A stretch of 64,000 bases of DNA from Lama glama (taxonomy: Eukaryota). Shown here one piece after another: positions 35,623 through 49,149 of this stretch (its first letter is position 1; every line of letters begins with the position of its first letter). Under the pieces are notes generated by a model. It was not told where the DNA came from, did no database searches, and saw only the letters and a list, made by a program, of their open reading frames with translations. The position numbers and the translations under genes were made by a program. The stretch spans positions 11,162,001-11,226,000 of the forward strand of contig CM052818.1 of assembly GCA_028534125.1 (NCBI GenBank), given 5' to 3'.

Positions 35623-36689
35623 CTCATGGCCTGGCCGAGGCACCCACTTATGACCTGAGGTGGGTGGAATGGGCAGGAAGATAGAACAGACTAGTGGAAG
35701 TGTTGGAGGAACTAAGATAATGGTTATAGAAGAAAAAAGCGTGAATAATGTTCCACGTTAATTATCTCATTTAAAGGGTCAGTCCTTTGTGACAATGAAA
35801 TTCAGGATATGTTATGCCAGAATGGGGCTGATGGCGATTCAGGGAAAGGAAAGTTGGAGCGATTTGTGGTTGTAAGTTCAAAGGACACTACTTTCTAAAA
35901 TACGGAGTGGCTTTAAAGAAATGAACTAAAACCAGACAACATGAGAAGAACAAGTTTTTGCACGGCATTCCCAAGAAGAAATAATACACTTGTTATGCAT
36001 TACAGTCTGTGCTCAAAATGCTATTTCAGCATTCTGGGTATTAAAAAAAGAACCTTATGTGGTCTTGTGGTGAACGACTGTGAAGGATTATTTAAAGTAA
36101 ACTGTAGGGAAATATAAAACAAACCCAGCTAATTTATCACAACAGTGAAGATGCATAAATAAGATGTTTATGAGTAACAAGGACAGCTTACCTATTATTT
36201 CAAAAAAATTTCATTTTTAGTAGAAAATATGCCACATTTTATTTAAAGGAGAATTACCCTTATTTTTTTTCCCCCACAGCTCTGTAGCCTCTGGTACAGC
36301 CTTCCTTATTACAATGAATATAACATGATGACTATTTTGGAAATGTTTTAATTATACAACGAGCCTCTGGGAATCTTGGCTTGAGAGAGATAATACTGCC
36401 TTAAGCCTGGGAGCTCAAGAACTCGGCAAGTGTGGCTGCCGATCAGTTGCCAATCAAAGAGGAAATGGGAGATGAGAGTGAAGACATGGCCGTGCACCCT
36501 ATGATTCTTTTATTAACAGCACATAGCATTCTGTAGAAGAAAACCTCATTGTCTTTCTGACCCAGTGGTTTAATGTGTGAGTATCCTAAACAGTTTTTCA
36601 TAGAAACCTCCAGTGGTTGGCTTAGCTTTTTATCTGAGTCTTGGAGTTCAGCTTTGTAGTTCTGAAATCACCATGCCATGTCAAAGAGT

Positions 36690-37015
36690 TTCCCCTTTCC
36701 TTCTGGCCACACAGTTAGACTACATTTCTCAGCCTCCACTGCAGTTAAGCCGTGACCATCATCACAAACTGATCCCTGGTAAGTACCCAGCTCATAAAAA
36801 CTCCCCACGTGGTCCTCACCTTGCCTCTTTCCCTATGTGCCAGTTGAATAGAGAGGTCTCCTGGGATCTAGAAAGTGGTGGAGCCACAATGTGGAAGGAA
36901 CCTGGTTCCTGAATGAATACAAAGGACTTCGTTTCACTCTTACATTTTCGACAAGCCGCCTTTATTATGTAAAGTCACTCAGATTTGAGGTTGTTACAGT
37001 GGTTAGCCTGTAATT
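36690..37015 (+). mobile_element. MLT1-type solo LTR
   Basis: agactacatttctcagcctccactgcagttaag...ggagccacaatgtggaaggaacctggttcctgaatga...gtcactcagatttgaggttgttacag. Confidence 0.8.
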
Positions 37016-38884
37016 TGTTCAAATACAAAATTGTTCCTGTGTCTTTTTTTTTTTTATAAGTTTCTGTTTCTTAGCTAAGTTTTAGCTGGCCTATATTATA
37101 TTCTTCACCATAAACAAGAGGAAGTGAGCTAGGCCAAAATACATGTTTTCATTATTGAGAAATATAAGAAAGGATGAGTAGCTAAAGCATATGAACACCC
37201 TTTTAAGGAAAATATTAAATATAAACAAATCACAGTTGCCTTCATCATGTTTGGAAAAGGATAGTTGAAGAAAACAACATTGAACAATTTACATTGATTT
37301 AAAAAAAAACCTGATTTGATTAAACATAGTTCAGGCTTGAAAATGTGCCATGAGTGACCTGCATCGCTGATCATTAATCCATGTCTCCTTGTGTCAAGTG
37401 GGAGACAACCAAGACTTTTCAAGCACTCTTTGGAAACTCTGTCATCATGAAAACAAATTCATGCTTCTTGGAGCAAGTTCATTTATCTTAGCTGTGCCAT
37501 CCTGAAAACCCCAAATAGGTTTCGGGTGCTTGGAAACATGGAGTCTTTTACACATTTGAGATGCCAGCACAGTCCAAGTGTCCTTTAAGTGAATTCCACA
37601 GTGATGCAGAATAAAATGTGGCAGTCAGAAAGATGTTTGTTGAATACTCTCATTATTCACCTTCTATTGGAAAGTCACATATAAGAAAGCCCTACACCTC
37701 ATCCCCCAAGATACCCATTAAAACCCTTCAGGTTAAGAGGGGGAGACTTCACCAGTTAAAGAGACTGCACATGAAAATTCATAGAAAGGACAGATTTCAA
37801 TACATCATCTTCAAGAAGTGATACTCTCAGAGGTTTGCCCCACTGCTCTTTTACAAAATCTTTGATTTGCTTTTGATATGCATTTGCACCCTTTCAAATG
37901 CAACCAGATCTCAGTACATATCACATTTTTAATGAGAAGAAACAAGCAGGTGTTGATGTGTTATATATAACTGCTACAATTCCAACTACATTTGTCTAAT
38001 GGGTATGAATATCACTTTTCAACAATACACTCAGGAAAATGAAAAATCAAATGGAAACTTATTCCTGTGTTTGGCTTCCAGACAGGACATATTTAAGTGG
38101 TAGCTTTCATATATTTTGGAAGACTGTTGAAAATTAGCACCATTCAGAGATTACTGAGAAGACATTAATGTGAATCAAGTTCACATTATTAATAATTTGC
38201 GTATTACTTAGGAACCCATGTTTCCTTCTTGAAAGCATCTATGAGTTTGAAATATTTATTCTCTGATGTACACTAGTGGTTGGCATTTCTGTTACTGAGG
38301 TCCATGCTTATCGAAGTGATGGGTCTCTGCCATGGGTGCTTCAACTGCTCTTCTTATCCAGAATTCAATGATTAGAATAAATGCACCTTTACACCATGGA
38401 AGGGTTGCTACAACAATGGAGTTGTAACCTTTGCTCTCAATTGTCCAAAATTCTAACTTATACCATGCCACGACAAATTAGAGCAACACCCTCCTCATCA
38501 ACAACAAAGCATTTATTAAGTGTGTAGCCTCTATAAATAAAACGTGTGGAAAAAGACATAGAGGAGTTGCATAATGTGGTCCATGCACTCAAAGAAATTA
38601 CAGATTATTGGAAAACATGAAAAATTCACATAAGAGTAATAACTACTAATATAGGCATCTTTTAAAATAATCAGTGCCATCCATTTACTAAGGAAGGCTC
38701 ACTGACAGCAGGTCTGAGCAGACCAGAGTCATTACTCACACAGTAACGGGGCCCACCCAAGGCAAGTGCACATATCAGGCAGTAAGAGGTAATCAAGGAG
38801 GGTAAGCCCCTGGCTCCGTGGAAGTCTGGGCGCTTGGAGACTGGACTTAGTCATGGAGGTTTTCTAAAACGTGCCGTTTCACGA

Positions 38885-40040
38885 GTTTGAGGAAATTCCC
38901 TTCTATTCCTGCTTTGCTGACTGTGTCAAGAACGGATGTTGAATTTTGTTAACTTTTTCTGCATCTGTTATGATTATCACTCACACACACACGCACACAC
39001 ACACTTCATTTCTTCTGGCAGTATGGTAATGTTGTATTAATTAGTGAATTTTCACGTCTCCTTGCACTCTGGGAACAAAGTCCATGTGGCCATCATGTGT
39101 GTGCATACAGCTTACATAAGTGCTGGATTTGATCTGCTAACATTCTGTCCAGTTCTGCGTCTATGCTCTTGAGGGATCTCAATCTATACATTTTTTTTCC
39201 TACAGTGTCTTTGTCTTATTTTGGTGTCATGGTAACACTGGCTTCATAAGCTGTGTTGGAAAATGTCCTCTCCTCCTCTACTATCTGAAAGAGTTTGTGT
39301 AAAGTTGGCATCATCTTTTTCATAAGTGATTGACAGGACTCACCAGGGAAGCTATCATGGCTTGGATTTTTTATTTTGGGAACATTTAAAATTATCAATT
39401 CAGCTTTGGTAATTTCCATCTTTCAAACAACTTATTTATTTCATCTAAGTAGTCAACTTTATTGGCTTAATGTTTTTATAATATTTTCTTAATATATATT
39501 TAATGAATTTAGAGTGTTCAGTGGTGTCACTTCTTTCTTTCCTAATGTTGTATTTCTTTCTCTCCAGTCTGGCAGGTGCAAACATGGATGTCTTCCAGCC
39601 CTCCACGAACTCTGGGTGCTGTTCAGCTTGCAGTACCCCAAAGTTTCTTCTTCGCTGAGCCTTATGGAGTTGCCCTCCGCAGTTTCCGATCAGAGGCTCA
39701 TGAAGATCCTTAGCAGATCCCGGGGGCTCTTTCTCTGTGTGCTCCTCCATCCTGCTCTGCATCACAAATTCTAGCCGCTTCATCCTCCCTACATTCCAAG
39801 GTCTGTATCTTCATATCAGTGATATGGCTGCTCCCATCTTTGATGTCCTTCCTTTGCTCCATTAGCCGCTTCCAGGCTTGAAAGCCAAGGTGATTGTAGG
39901 GCTCACCTCGCTGGCCTCCCCTTTCAGGGGATCGCAGTTCTGCACCACCTGCTGTCCAACATCTGAAAACAGGTTATTTCATACATTTTGTCCAGTTTAG
40001 CAACTGTTTGCAGTCATGGTAAGTCTGGTACCAGTTAATC
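38885..40040 (-). mobile_element. Old L1 fragment(s): ORF2 RT-start region plus L1M 5'-like sequence
   Basis: ORF 39216-39419(-) ...PKIKNPSHDSFPGESCQSLMKKMMPTLHKLFQIVEEERTFSNTAYEASVTMTPK resembles L1 ORF2 KKSPGPDGFTGEFYQ...LHKLFQ...FYEASITLIPK. Confidence 0.8.
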
Positions 40041-41805
40041 TGCCATGGTCAGAACCATTAGTGTTTTATTAAAGACAGGAGAAACTGAGACAGGCATTTA
40101 CCGTTTTCAGTGTACACAACTAACAAATGGGACTAAACCCCCCAGCTATACTTTCTCCACTCTGTCATGCTGCCTCTCAGCTTATTCTGAAGATGTTTAT
40201 GGAACATATAGATGGAACTTTGCTAGATTTCAGAGAATCCCTCAAACTCACCTAATTGAAGTAATTGATACTCACAGAAAACAATGTAAGGCAGTGAATT
40301 ACACAATCTGTGCCAGCAAAGTTTAAAAGAGATGGGAGACAATATGTTTTGCAAGGAACAAAGGAAAATTATTGCATGTAATAGAAGTACAGGTGAAACA
40401 GAGAGAAAATATCCAATTCAATGGTTGACAGTGGTGAGAACTTTCTGATTTTAATACATCTTGATGTCAATCATACTGGTCTCACTGGGGCAAAGCAAAG
40501 TCATTTTTGTCTTTTTATCTTTTCTCAGACCCCCTGAAATGAGTCTATTTGAGAAATATTTAGTGTCTCCATTATAAGGCAGAGATCCTAAAAGCTCACT
40601 TATTTTAATCAGATTAGAGGCCGTCATAGTGAAAAACCAAACATATTTTAGCTTTAGTGGACAGCTTAAAATATTTTAAAGCAACAGTTTCCATGGAGAA
40701 CAATTAAGAGCACTTACAAATTTCAATGTAATTGAATTAGTTATTTAATATTTGATTTACTTAAAGATTTATTTCATAATTTAAGGTATCTGTATATGAA
40801 GGAATAGACTTGTTAAAACAGCCAAAAAACAAACAAATCACAAAAGAGTTTACCTGTGAGATTTATTACTGTGAAGTGTCATTGTACAAGCAAGGGACAT
40901 GCACATTACATAGCAGAATTCCATGAGTTTGAGGCTTTTAAATAAATACTGGCATCCCATGTATTCGTGGCTGCTGTGAAATTCACAGAAATGGGAGCAC
41001 ACTGGCTACTTCTCAGGTCTGTTCCACATTTCCCTAATTTGCAGATCTGCTAGGTGCTACATGTAAACTTTTTTCCCCCCAGCTCTTTAGTTGTTCCTAA
41101 GTGTTGGTAGTCATTTGATTGTAACTAAGAAAAGAAAGTAGTTTGTTGATCTTCAGGCACACTGACACGCAGAACTATTGATGTCTTCTTAGAATTATTA
41201 TGTGCATAAGATGAGAAAGAATTGCAGAGTGAGTGCAGACAGAAGAAAGTCAAATTAGTACATAAAATGGTTTCTGGAGTGGATGTGTTGAGCATGCGTT
41301 TGCCTGTAAGCCTAAATGTTTGAGAAAGCATCTCTCACTGAATCATAATTTCTAAATTAAAGAGAGAGAAAAACTGTTGAGGATCATTTCCACCCTGACC
41401 CATGTGATACGTGCGATGGCTTCTGGTTCCTCACTCTCACTTGTTCCTGAAAGTGCTAATTAAGCCTCTTGTTATGTGGAGAGAAAAGGAGTCACTGTGG
41501 TCTTAATGGTCTATGGTGGACGGTCAACAGCACACACGGAGATCAGACACATGTTTTCAAACATCTCTGACTAGAGCAGAATAAAAACGGGCTCTGTGTA
41601 TGCATTAGTCAGGATTCTCCTGACTGCAACCTGAGAGGGCCCCTCTTTCAAACTTTACTCAACATAAAGGGCATCTCTAGGTTAGGTGTCTGGGCAGGTA
41701 CTGACGCCAACTCGCAGTACCTGGGGACTCGAGGACCTACATTAGCATGGATTCTGCGCTTCTCCCTTCTGTCCATTAGGACTTGAGAATGTGAATGACC
41801 TAAAG

Positions 41806-42019
41806 TCTGGTTCCTCAAAACTGGTACTATTCACGTTTGGGGCCAGATCATTCTTCCTCGTGGGGGCCGTTCTGTGTATCGTAAGACGTTTAGCAGCATC
41901 CTTAGCCTCAACCCCATAAGCACCAGTACTGCCTCTTGCTCAAGTTTGACAACCACATGTCTCCAGACATAGCTAAAGGTTCTATGGGGAAAAAAGTTGT
42001 CACCAGTGGAGAACCACTG
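41806..42019. mobile_element. MER20 hAT-Charlie MITE
   Basis: tttggggccagatcattctt...tttagcagcatcc...tgtctccagacat...gagaaccactg; 8-bp TSD-like acctaaag/ccctagag. Confidence 0.88.
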
Positions 42020-42044
42020 CCCTAGAGGGTAATAAAACACACTG

Positions 42045-42260
42045 CATAGATTCAAATTCTGTCTTTATTACTTTCTAGCTGTGTGAACTTGGGCAAGTTA
42101 CTTCACCTCTCTGTGCTTGAATTTCCTTATCTCTCTAATGATACTTACAGCATTATCTACAAGATAAGGATTCTCTGAGGAGTAAGTGAGATATACAAAG
42201 GAAATGCTCAGAACAGTGCTTACACTTAGCCAGCATTCAAGTGATGATAGCTCTTCATAC
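42045..42260 (+). mobile_element. MIR
   Basis: ttcaaattctg...ctagctgtgtgaacttgggcaagttacttcacctctctgtgct...cagaacagtgc. Confidence 0.85.
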
Positions 42261-42914
42261 TAATAACCAGGTTCCCTTCATATGGTGAAGACATGGCTTC
42301 TGGTAGCACCCGATTCAACTGAACTAGCTTAATAATTTCAAAGGAATTAACAGCTTTTTTCTCTCAGAGCATCAGCTGGTCCGTCTTGGGTCATGTGACT
42401 GTGTCTTGGACCAAACGCAGTGGCCAAGGTGCTGGAATACTGTGGATGCCCGGCTTGGGTCAGACTCCAGTCCTATAGCTGAAGAGAAGAGACTTTGCTC
42501 ACAGAAGTGAGATGGAAAAGCATAATGGGCAGGTGAAATCGAAAGCCACCATCGTCCACTTCAGAGTATTAAACAAACGTGCAAAGCGGGTTTCCTGCCC
42601 TGACACCTGATTCACAGGTCATGAAAACCCGTCTCCAGTCACATTTTGGTGAATTTTTAGGGGGCAGAGAGGTCAGCAAATTATCAGATCAGACACTGTC
42701 AGGATGTGCCCAGAGAACTAAAGGCAGACCTGCTGTCCCAAAGCTGGAGGCAGGAAGAGCCCAGCGGCGGCAGAAGAAATGGACACTGCTGTTCTCTGCC
42801 AGCTTTGTAGTGAGGAAGACAAAGCTGAAATAGGACTGATCAAAGCTGCCATTCACTGAATTCTCCCCCCGGTGATAGATGCTATATTGTATCTCAAGTA
42901 ATACAACATCTCTG

Positions 42915-43075
42915 CATGGTTATTGATATGATTCCCACTTTTAAAATGAGGAGGCTGAAGATTTTCTAGAAAGGATAAGTACCTTTGGCTAAGGTTCACA
43001 ACCAGTATGAGATGGAGCCAGAATTCAAGTCCAGCTTGTCCAACTTCACAGCGCCTAGTCTTCAGCCCCACACTG
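42915..43075 (-). mobile_element. MIR fragment
   Basis: attcccacttttaaaatgaggaggctgaag...ggagccagaattcaagtccag. Confidence 0.7.
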
Positions 43076-43689
43076 CCATCCCAGGGTCTGGCCAAGATGC
43101 ACAGGAAAGCTAAGCTGCTAAGATTTTTGGAGGCTATGTACTTACTTAAGAAAACAGGGCATGAGGTAGGACTTCTCTTATTGGCAGATGAGCCTAGCAC
43201 ATACTGCTACGTGAACTCCCCAAGTTTCACCTAGTAGGGGTGGAAGACCAGGCGGGATGAGTCCCTGGTAGAAATTCACTTCTCTGGCCTGATAGTTGTC
43301 TTGAGTATTTGCACTTTCAGATGTTGCCTTTTGTTTAACACCGAGCTCAATTCAGCTTCTACCTAGGGCTAGACTGAGACAAGTGGCCACCGTGGATAAA
43401 ACAAATTTCAGATAATAAAATGTGCACATTTTTTTCTGTACTTTCATTACATAAATTGTGTGTGACATGAGATTTCAGCTTCATTGGAATTGCTTTTCAT
43501 GTCCCAGTTTCCTCCATTGTTTGCGATTGGATGCCACGTTATGCCTACTAGGTAAAGTCTTAATCCAGGTAAATTGCACCGAGACCCCCATGTTGTGTGT
43601 AACACTGTAGTGAACATGGGGCTACAGATAACGCTGAGATCCCGATTTCAATTCTATCTACGCAGAATAGAAATTGCTGACTCATATGA

Positions 43690-44100
43690 TATTGAGCAAG
43701 TTTCTTAGTTTCACTGGTTTTTAGTTTCCTCATCTGTAAAGAGAGTTAACAGATACTTTCCTCCTAGGATTTCGAGGATCTTATAAAACACTGTTGTAAG
43801 TAGGGCTCCACACATAGCTCCTCGGGGTGTGCAAGTTTTCTTTCCTTTCCCAGCCGTTGCCATGAGGTCTCCCTATACTCTCCAGATGAAGTAAGCCAGA
43901 GTAGCCCAGCGCACAGGCATAACTGGAGTTATGCTCTACCGCTTAACTGCCCTGAGACCTGGACAAGTCACTTAATCTTATCTTTAAAATGTGAATTAGT
44001 AATTGAACCTACTTCACAGGGTTATAAGATGAACAAAATGAAGTCATTATACAAAAATGCTTATCCTGTGCCTTTTTCAAACAAGGTCAGAAAATATTGG
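43690..44100 (+). mobile_element. MIR fragments
   Basis: gagcaagtttctt...agtttcctcatctgtaaa; gagacctggacaagtcacttaa...cctacttcacagggtt. Confidence 0.65.
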
Positions 44101-46254
44101 CATTTTTACCATCCCGTGCCTTTGCCATCTGTGACCTTCTCCAGTCTGGCCCAAGCAGAGCAGGGGTGCATTCCGTGGGCAGGTTCCATCCTAGGCAGTG
44201 TGCTCTGGAGCCAGTCTGGACCAAATCAGAAAGGCTGTTATCAGCCTCATGCCACCATCTAAGTGATCTGGAATTAGTTGGAACTCATATTTTTGTATAT
44301 GCCCCTATGCATTTTGATTCTTCCTTTAAATATGTGTTTTCTTTAATCTTGTTCCCTCCTAGGCTATGCCCTATGGTGCAGTGTCCCAAGGCAGGAAATC
44401 AAGACTTCCTGACCTCTTTAGCAAGCATAAGATTGACAGCTGCATTAGAGAACTAGACCTAATGGTTTAAGTTAAAGAATCCAGAGGGAAAACAAAGGGG
44501 CAAGACTAGGGCCAGGGAGCCCACCTCCTCTACCCTGGAGAAGGGTGGAAAGAGAAATACTGAAATGTGGGGAAAAGGAAAGCTATTAGATGTCACAGGT
44601 CTTGATGTCCCTCCTTTGGGCTTCAGTTTGGAGAGGGCAGATGTGTCAGAGAAGTGTAGGCATTATTGTAAGGAAAAGGGAATTCTGTCCCACCCGGGAC
44701 TCTAGAATAGACCATCCTTCTGCCCTACCCTACCTTACTAACCTTTAGTGTGTCAACATGAAAGTCAGTTTGGCTTCCCCACCTGGTCAGGCAGAGAGAA
44801 GTCCTTCAATTTCTCTTTTGTGAGCCAGTCTCATATCCTGGGGGCATGGAAGAGTCTCCTTGTCCTCTTCAGAAGGGATTTAGAAGGCAGTTGATTTGAG
44901 GTCTGGAGAGCCTGTCATAGCACATCCTGTGCCAACAGACAGGGTGGCCTTCAGCAGAGGCTGGGGACGGGTCGCCCAGGCCTGCGGTGGTTGGAAGGTG
45001 TGTCAGGTCCAAGGTAAAGGGGGAGCTGCAAGATGCTGATAAAGCCAAGGGAGGACAGGCTATGAGTCACCCTGGCCACAGCCCTCATCCACAACTACTA
45101 AGGGCAAGAGGTGTCTCTGCATATCCCTATGTCCCCTACCCCATGTGATTTTTAGTTTTTAAGAAAGTCACACGATAGGGTTAGCCTACATTCAGAGTCA
45201 GCTGGGGCCCTTCAGGTAGGACTGCAAATGTTTGCATCATGAAGATGAAAAGGTACAGGAAATCAAGTCTGTCAGACGATTTATGATGGCCACACCCACT
45301 CACAGTTGGCTAGACTTTGGGCATTTGAGCTGGCTGCCCGCTGCATGCCAGTGAGACGAGCTGGCCAAGGCGGGGTACGGACAGTCCGGTCCCGAGCCCG
45401 TGGCCTGGACTTGCACACAGCCAGCAGCAAAGCAGACACTGGTGAACTGGCTGGGGGACATGAGCGACTGAGACAGCTTAGTCTGATTTTAATAAATATG
45501 GAGATTTTATTTCCCTCGAAAAATAACAAAAACAGAAAAGAGAGAGAGCCACTGGAAATATCCCCCCTTCTACCAATTTGTGCCCTGAGGCTAAATTTCA
45601 GCTCTGTGATGATATGGGCATTTTTGGTGTCTCTTTAGTTGCAAAATACTCCACAGGCATGAACTTAAGTTTCGGTCCTTATACATAAACTACCCAAAAC
45701 AAATTACATTGAAAAAGTGAAACTGACAAATGTTTACAGTTAGCTAGGCACCCTGAGGCACAGAAATAAAGGGGGAAGGCATGACGCCAACAATGAAGTC
45801 ACGGTGACAGACACTGAGGCGTGAGAAGCTCGTGGCCGCCCATGGCAGGAAGAGAAAGACTCGGACTGGACACGGTCATTGACCAACCGACAGAGACTGG
45901 AGAGGTGACCTCACACTGTGGTGGCTGGTGGGGTTTACTCTGAAGGCAGAACAGATAAAGGGTGGGACCAAGCAGTCATGGGAGCAGATCAAGCTACAAA
46001 GGATGCTATAAATCAGAAATACAGGGCCAATTAGCCCAGCCTGACACCCCTTGCCTAATGTTCGCACTGTAAACAAGCTCAGCTACCACCAAAGAAGGCA
46101 GCACCGTCGTGGGGAAAGGAGCAAACCCACCTCGCTTGCCTGACTAGCTCAGTAGAGGGATTTTGCAAACTGGGAGGCACAGCCCTGGCCAGCTTCCAAT
46201 CCCAAAAGCAGCTTGCTGATGCCACCTGATACCCTAGTCCTTGGAAGCTGAATT

Positions 46255-46332
46255 CTGCAATTATTCGCAGTAGCCAAGACACAGAAACAACCTAGAGGTC
46301 CAGCAGTGTATGAATGGAGACAGACGATGTAG

Positions 46333-46368
<36 letters not shown>

Positions 46369-46880
46369 AATATTATTCAGCCACGAGAAAGAAGAGCCTG
46401 CCATTATGATAACTTAGTTGAATCTTGAGGACAATAGCTAAGTGAAGTAAGTCAGACAGGAAAAGGCAGATACTGTATGATCTCACTCGTACGTAGACTC
46501 TAAAAAAGAAAAACTCAGAGAAATGCAGAGTGGAGTGGTGGTTACCAAGTGTTGGGGGGTGGGGGAAATAGGGAGATATTGGTCAAAGGGTCCAAACTTC
46601 CAGTTATAACAAGATTAACAAATTCGGGGATCTAATGTACAGCATGGTAGTTGTAGGTAATAATGCTATATTATACACTTGAATGGTGCTAAGAGAGTAG
46701 ATTTTAAATAGTCTCACTACACACAAAAAAATGGTAACTGTGTGACCCTATAGAAGCAGTAACCAAAGCTAGGGTGGTAATGATTTTGCAGCATATAAAT
46801 GTATCAAATCAACACTTCATACACCTTAAACTTGCACGGTTATGTGTCAATTATATTTCAATAAAACTGGAAAAATATTA
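46255..46880 (+). mobile_element. L1MA-type L1 3' end containing a (CA)n microsatellite (about 46336-46366)
   Basis: ggaatattattcagcc...ctaagtgaagtaagtcagac...gatctaatgtacagcatgg...gtcaattatatttcaataaaactggaaaaa. Confidence 0.88.
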
Positions 46881-49149
46881 AAAATAGAAATTTATTTAAT
46901 GTCAGACAAGTGGAAATGGTAGAACTGGTTTGGAACTTGGAATTATTTGCAGGAAGTCAAGGCTTTCCTTACTCTAGGATGCAGCCTTTCCAAGACAAAA
47001 GGTTGAACCACACTGCATTGTAATATGGGGGCTAACTTTTTTATCCAGATACAGAATAGTGTCCCTGACTATGGAGTACTGTTTTATTCCATCAAAAGAA
47101 TGATTTGATACAGCAATGAAAAAAAATTCTGCAAGGCCTCTTAACTTGAGAGTTCTTAACTTTGTTTGCTACGATCTTGGTTTTCCTAAAGCCCAGGAAA
47201 ATGTACTTCATATGCCCAAATCACTTACAGCCCGTGGCTCATGGCTAAATCCAGAAAAATCAGCATTTCCAGGTTGAATAGGAGAAAAAGCAGAATGTAT
47301 TGGCTGAATGTTTTCTGTAGGACAGAGAAGAAAGAACAAAGAAGTTGCCACTCCCTTGTTCTGTACCAGCAGCACTCACCAGATAGAATTTGGGCTTCAC
47401 AGAGAGAACTGGGGATCCGAATTCAGTAGGAACCCAGACAGAGGGGGCTGAGAATACGGGGAAATGGAAGTTCAGTGGCGGGTCTAGGATGCCACATGCA
47501 GCGTGAAAACTGCTCTGACAGTTGTGTGTGTTGGCCTGGCCGTGCAGAAAAGAGACATCTTTCCATTTCCCTGTGGGACAGATGTCAACTAGCACCATAT
47601 GGCAGATGAGGTCGGAATGTATCCTTTGCCTGTTCTGAGAAAACAGCTCCAGCCGATGTCACCTTCATATGTGTGAATGTTGGTACCCCAGGAACACGAA
47701 AAGCACCTTGAGAACAGGGACCGTCTTCCAGTTCTTTGTAGAAGTACCAGGTGGGCAGATCGGCACCTTTCAGTAAGTATGGAGTGAAGGAGTTGTCCTG
47801 CAATGGTCATTCACTTGCATTTTATTGCAGCAGCTGAAGCGATATGCAGAAAAAGGAGAATAATTCTGCAACTCAGGCAATCTCCGCAGAAACCCAGCCT
47901 TATGTTTTGATCTCCCTCTTCCCTGCAGATTCCCCAGCCTCTTCTCTTGTCACCACATCCACATCATCCCAGCAAACCACCTTACCTTTCCCTCCATGCT
48001 TTGCCTTATAACCCCCTGAACCTGGGGATGTGCACGTCTGTGCTTGCATCTCACCTGCTTACGCAGGTTTGTCACTAGCTGCGTTTAAAGCCTGTAGATA
48101 CTGCTCTGTACTCTGACTTTGGTATTTTTCCCCCAGTATATTTGATGAAACTACATGGTCCTGGCATATCCAGATGCACCGCTCTCTGCCACACATGAAT
48201 GAGGACATGGAGAAAGGAGACGGAAGATGAGTGGTGGGAAAGAAGGTGAGAGAATACGATTAAACCATCAAAACAATCATTTGAGTTTAAGAGATACAGA
48301 CGTTACTAAAATCTGCAGGAACATCAAGTATTCTAACCCTTAAAGTGATGGACAGAATGCGGGGGAGTTCTGCAGTTTATGAAAACACAAAGAAATTGAG
48401 TACAACACCCAGGAGGTAGGGAGGGGAGACACAAACAAAATCTAACAGCAGAATGTGATTCTTTCAAAGGAGAGAAGGAGAATTAGCAGGATGTGATCAG
48501 AGAGAATAGATTAAGCTCAAAGAAAGGGAGCTGAGTCTGAGTTACTGAGAGATCAAAATAATTTAAGAACAGAGAACGAGGTCCCTCGGAAGCTGCTATC
48601 CAGTTCCTGACTCTGACATTTCTCTTTCCCTATCTCAGGCTTACTGAAACTCCAGTTGTCAGTGGTAGAGCCCCAGGGGGTTCACCACTGGGAGCGTCAC
48701 CGCCACACCCAGAAGGTGTGCTTATGGTACTCTGATCATAAAGTGGCTATCAGAGCGCCCCCTGTCAGACCCACCCCTGACATTTCAGGACTGAGGTCAA
48801 GAGTACATGTGTCATGGATCTAAATATTAAATTATATCGAGCTAACAACTACTTTTACAAATATATTCTATCTTCCTACCTTGGTGAGTATACATTTATA
48901 GTAACATGGAAATTCAGCTTCTAAAATGAAAATCTGGAGTCCTTAGAATGCTCCGCTGGAACATGCAGATGCCGAGAAAGCCGGTATTCCATCCCCGGGT
49001 CCCGCCTTCATGACACGACACCTTCACTTCTAACACTGGCTTCGCCCAGCGCCGCATTTATGTGGAGATCCTCACCTGCATATCCAAACTGGTTCACATC
49101 TTATCCTTGCCAGCAGCCACCCCTCGGGGCCCAGATCTGCAATCCCAGC

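Larger units (their letters stand above)
41596..42560 (-). mobile_element. Old MLT1 LTR split by MIR and MER20
   Basis: cattagtcaggattctcctgactgcaa at left; cttgggtcatgtgact...cagtggccaagg...ggcttgggtca at right. Confidence 0.6.

Noticed and set aside
44300..45200. Possible ancient LTR (also 57060-57490) and possible DNA transposon at 48770-49070
   Set aside because: Resemblance too vague to assign a family or boundaries without a Dfam search.
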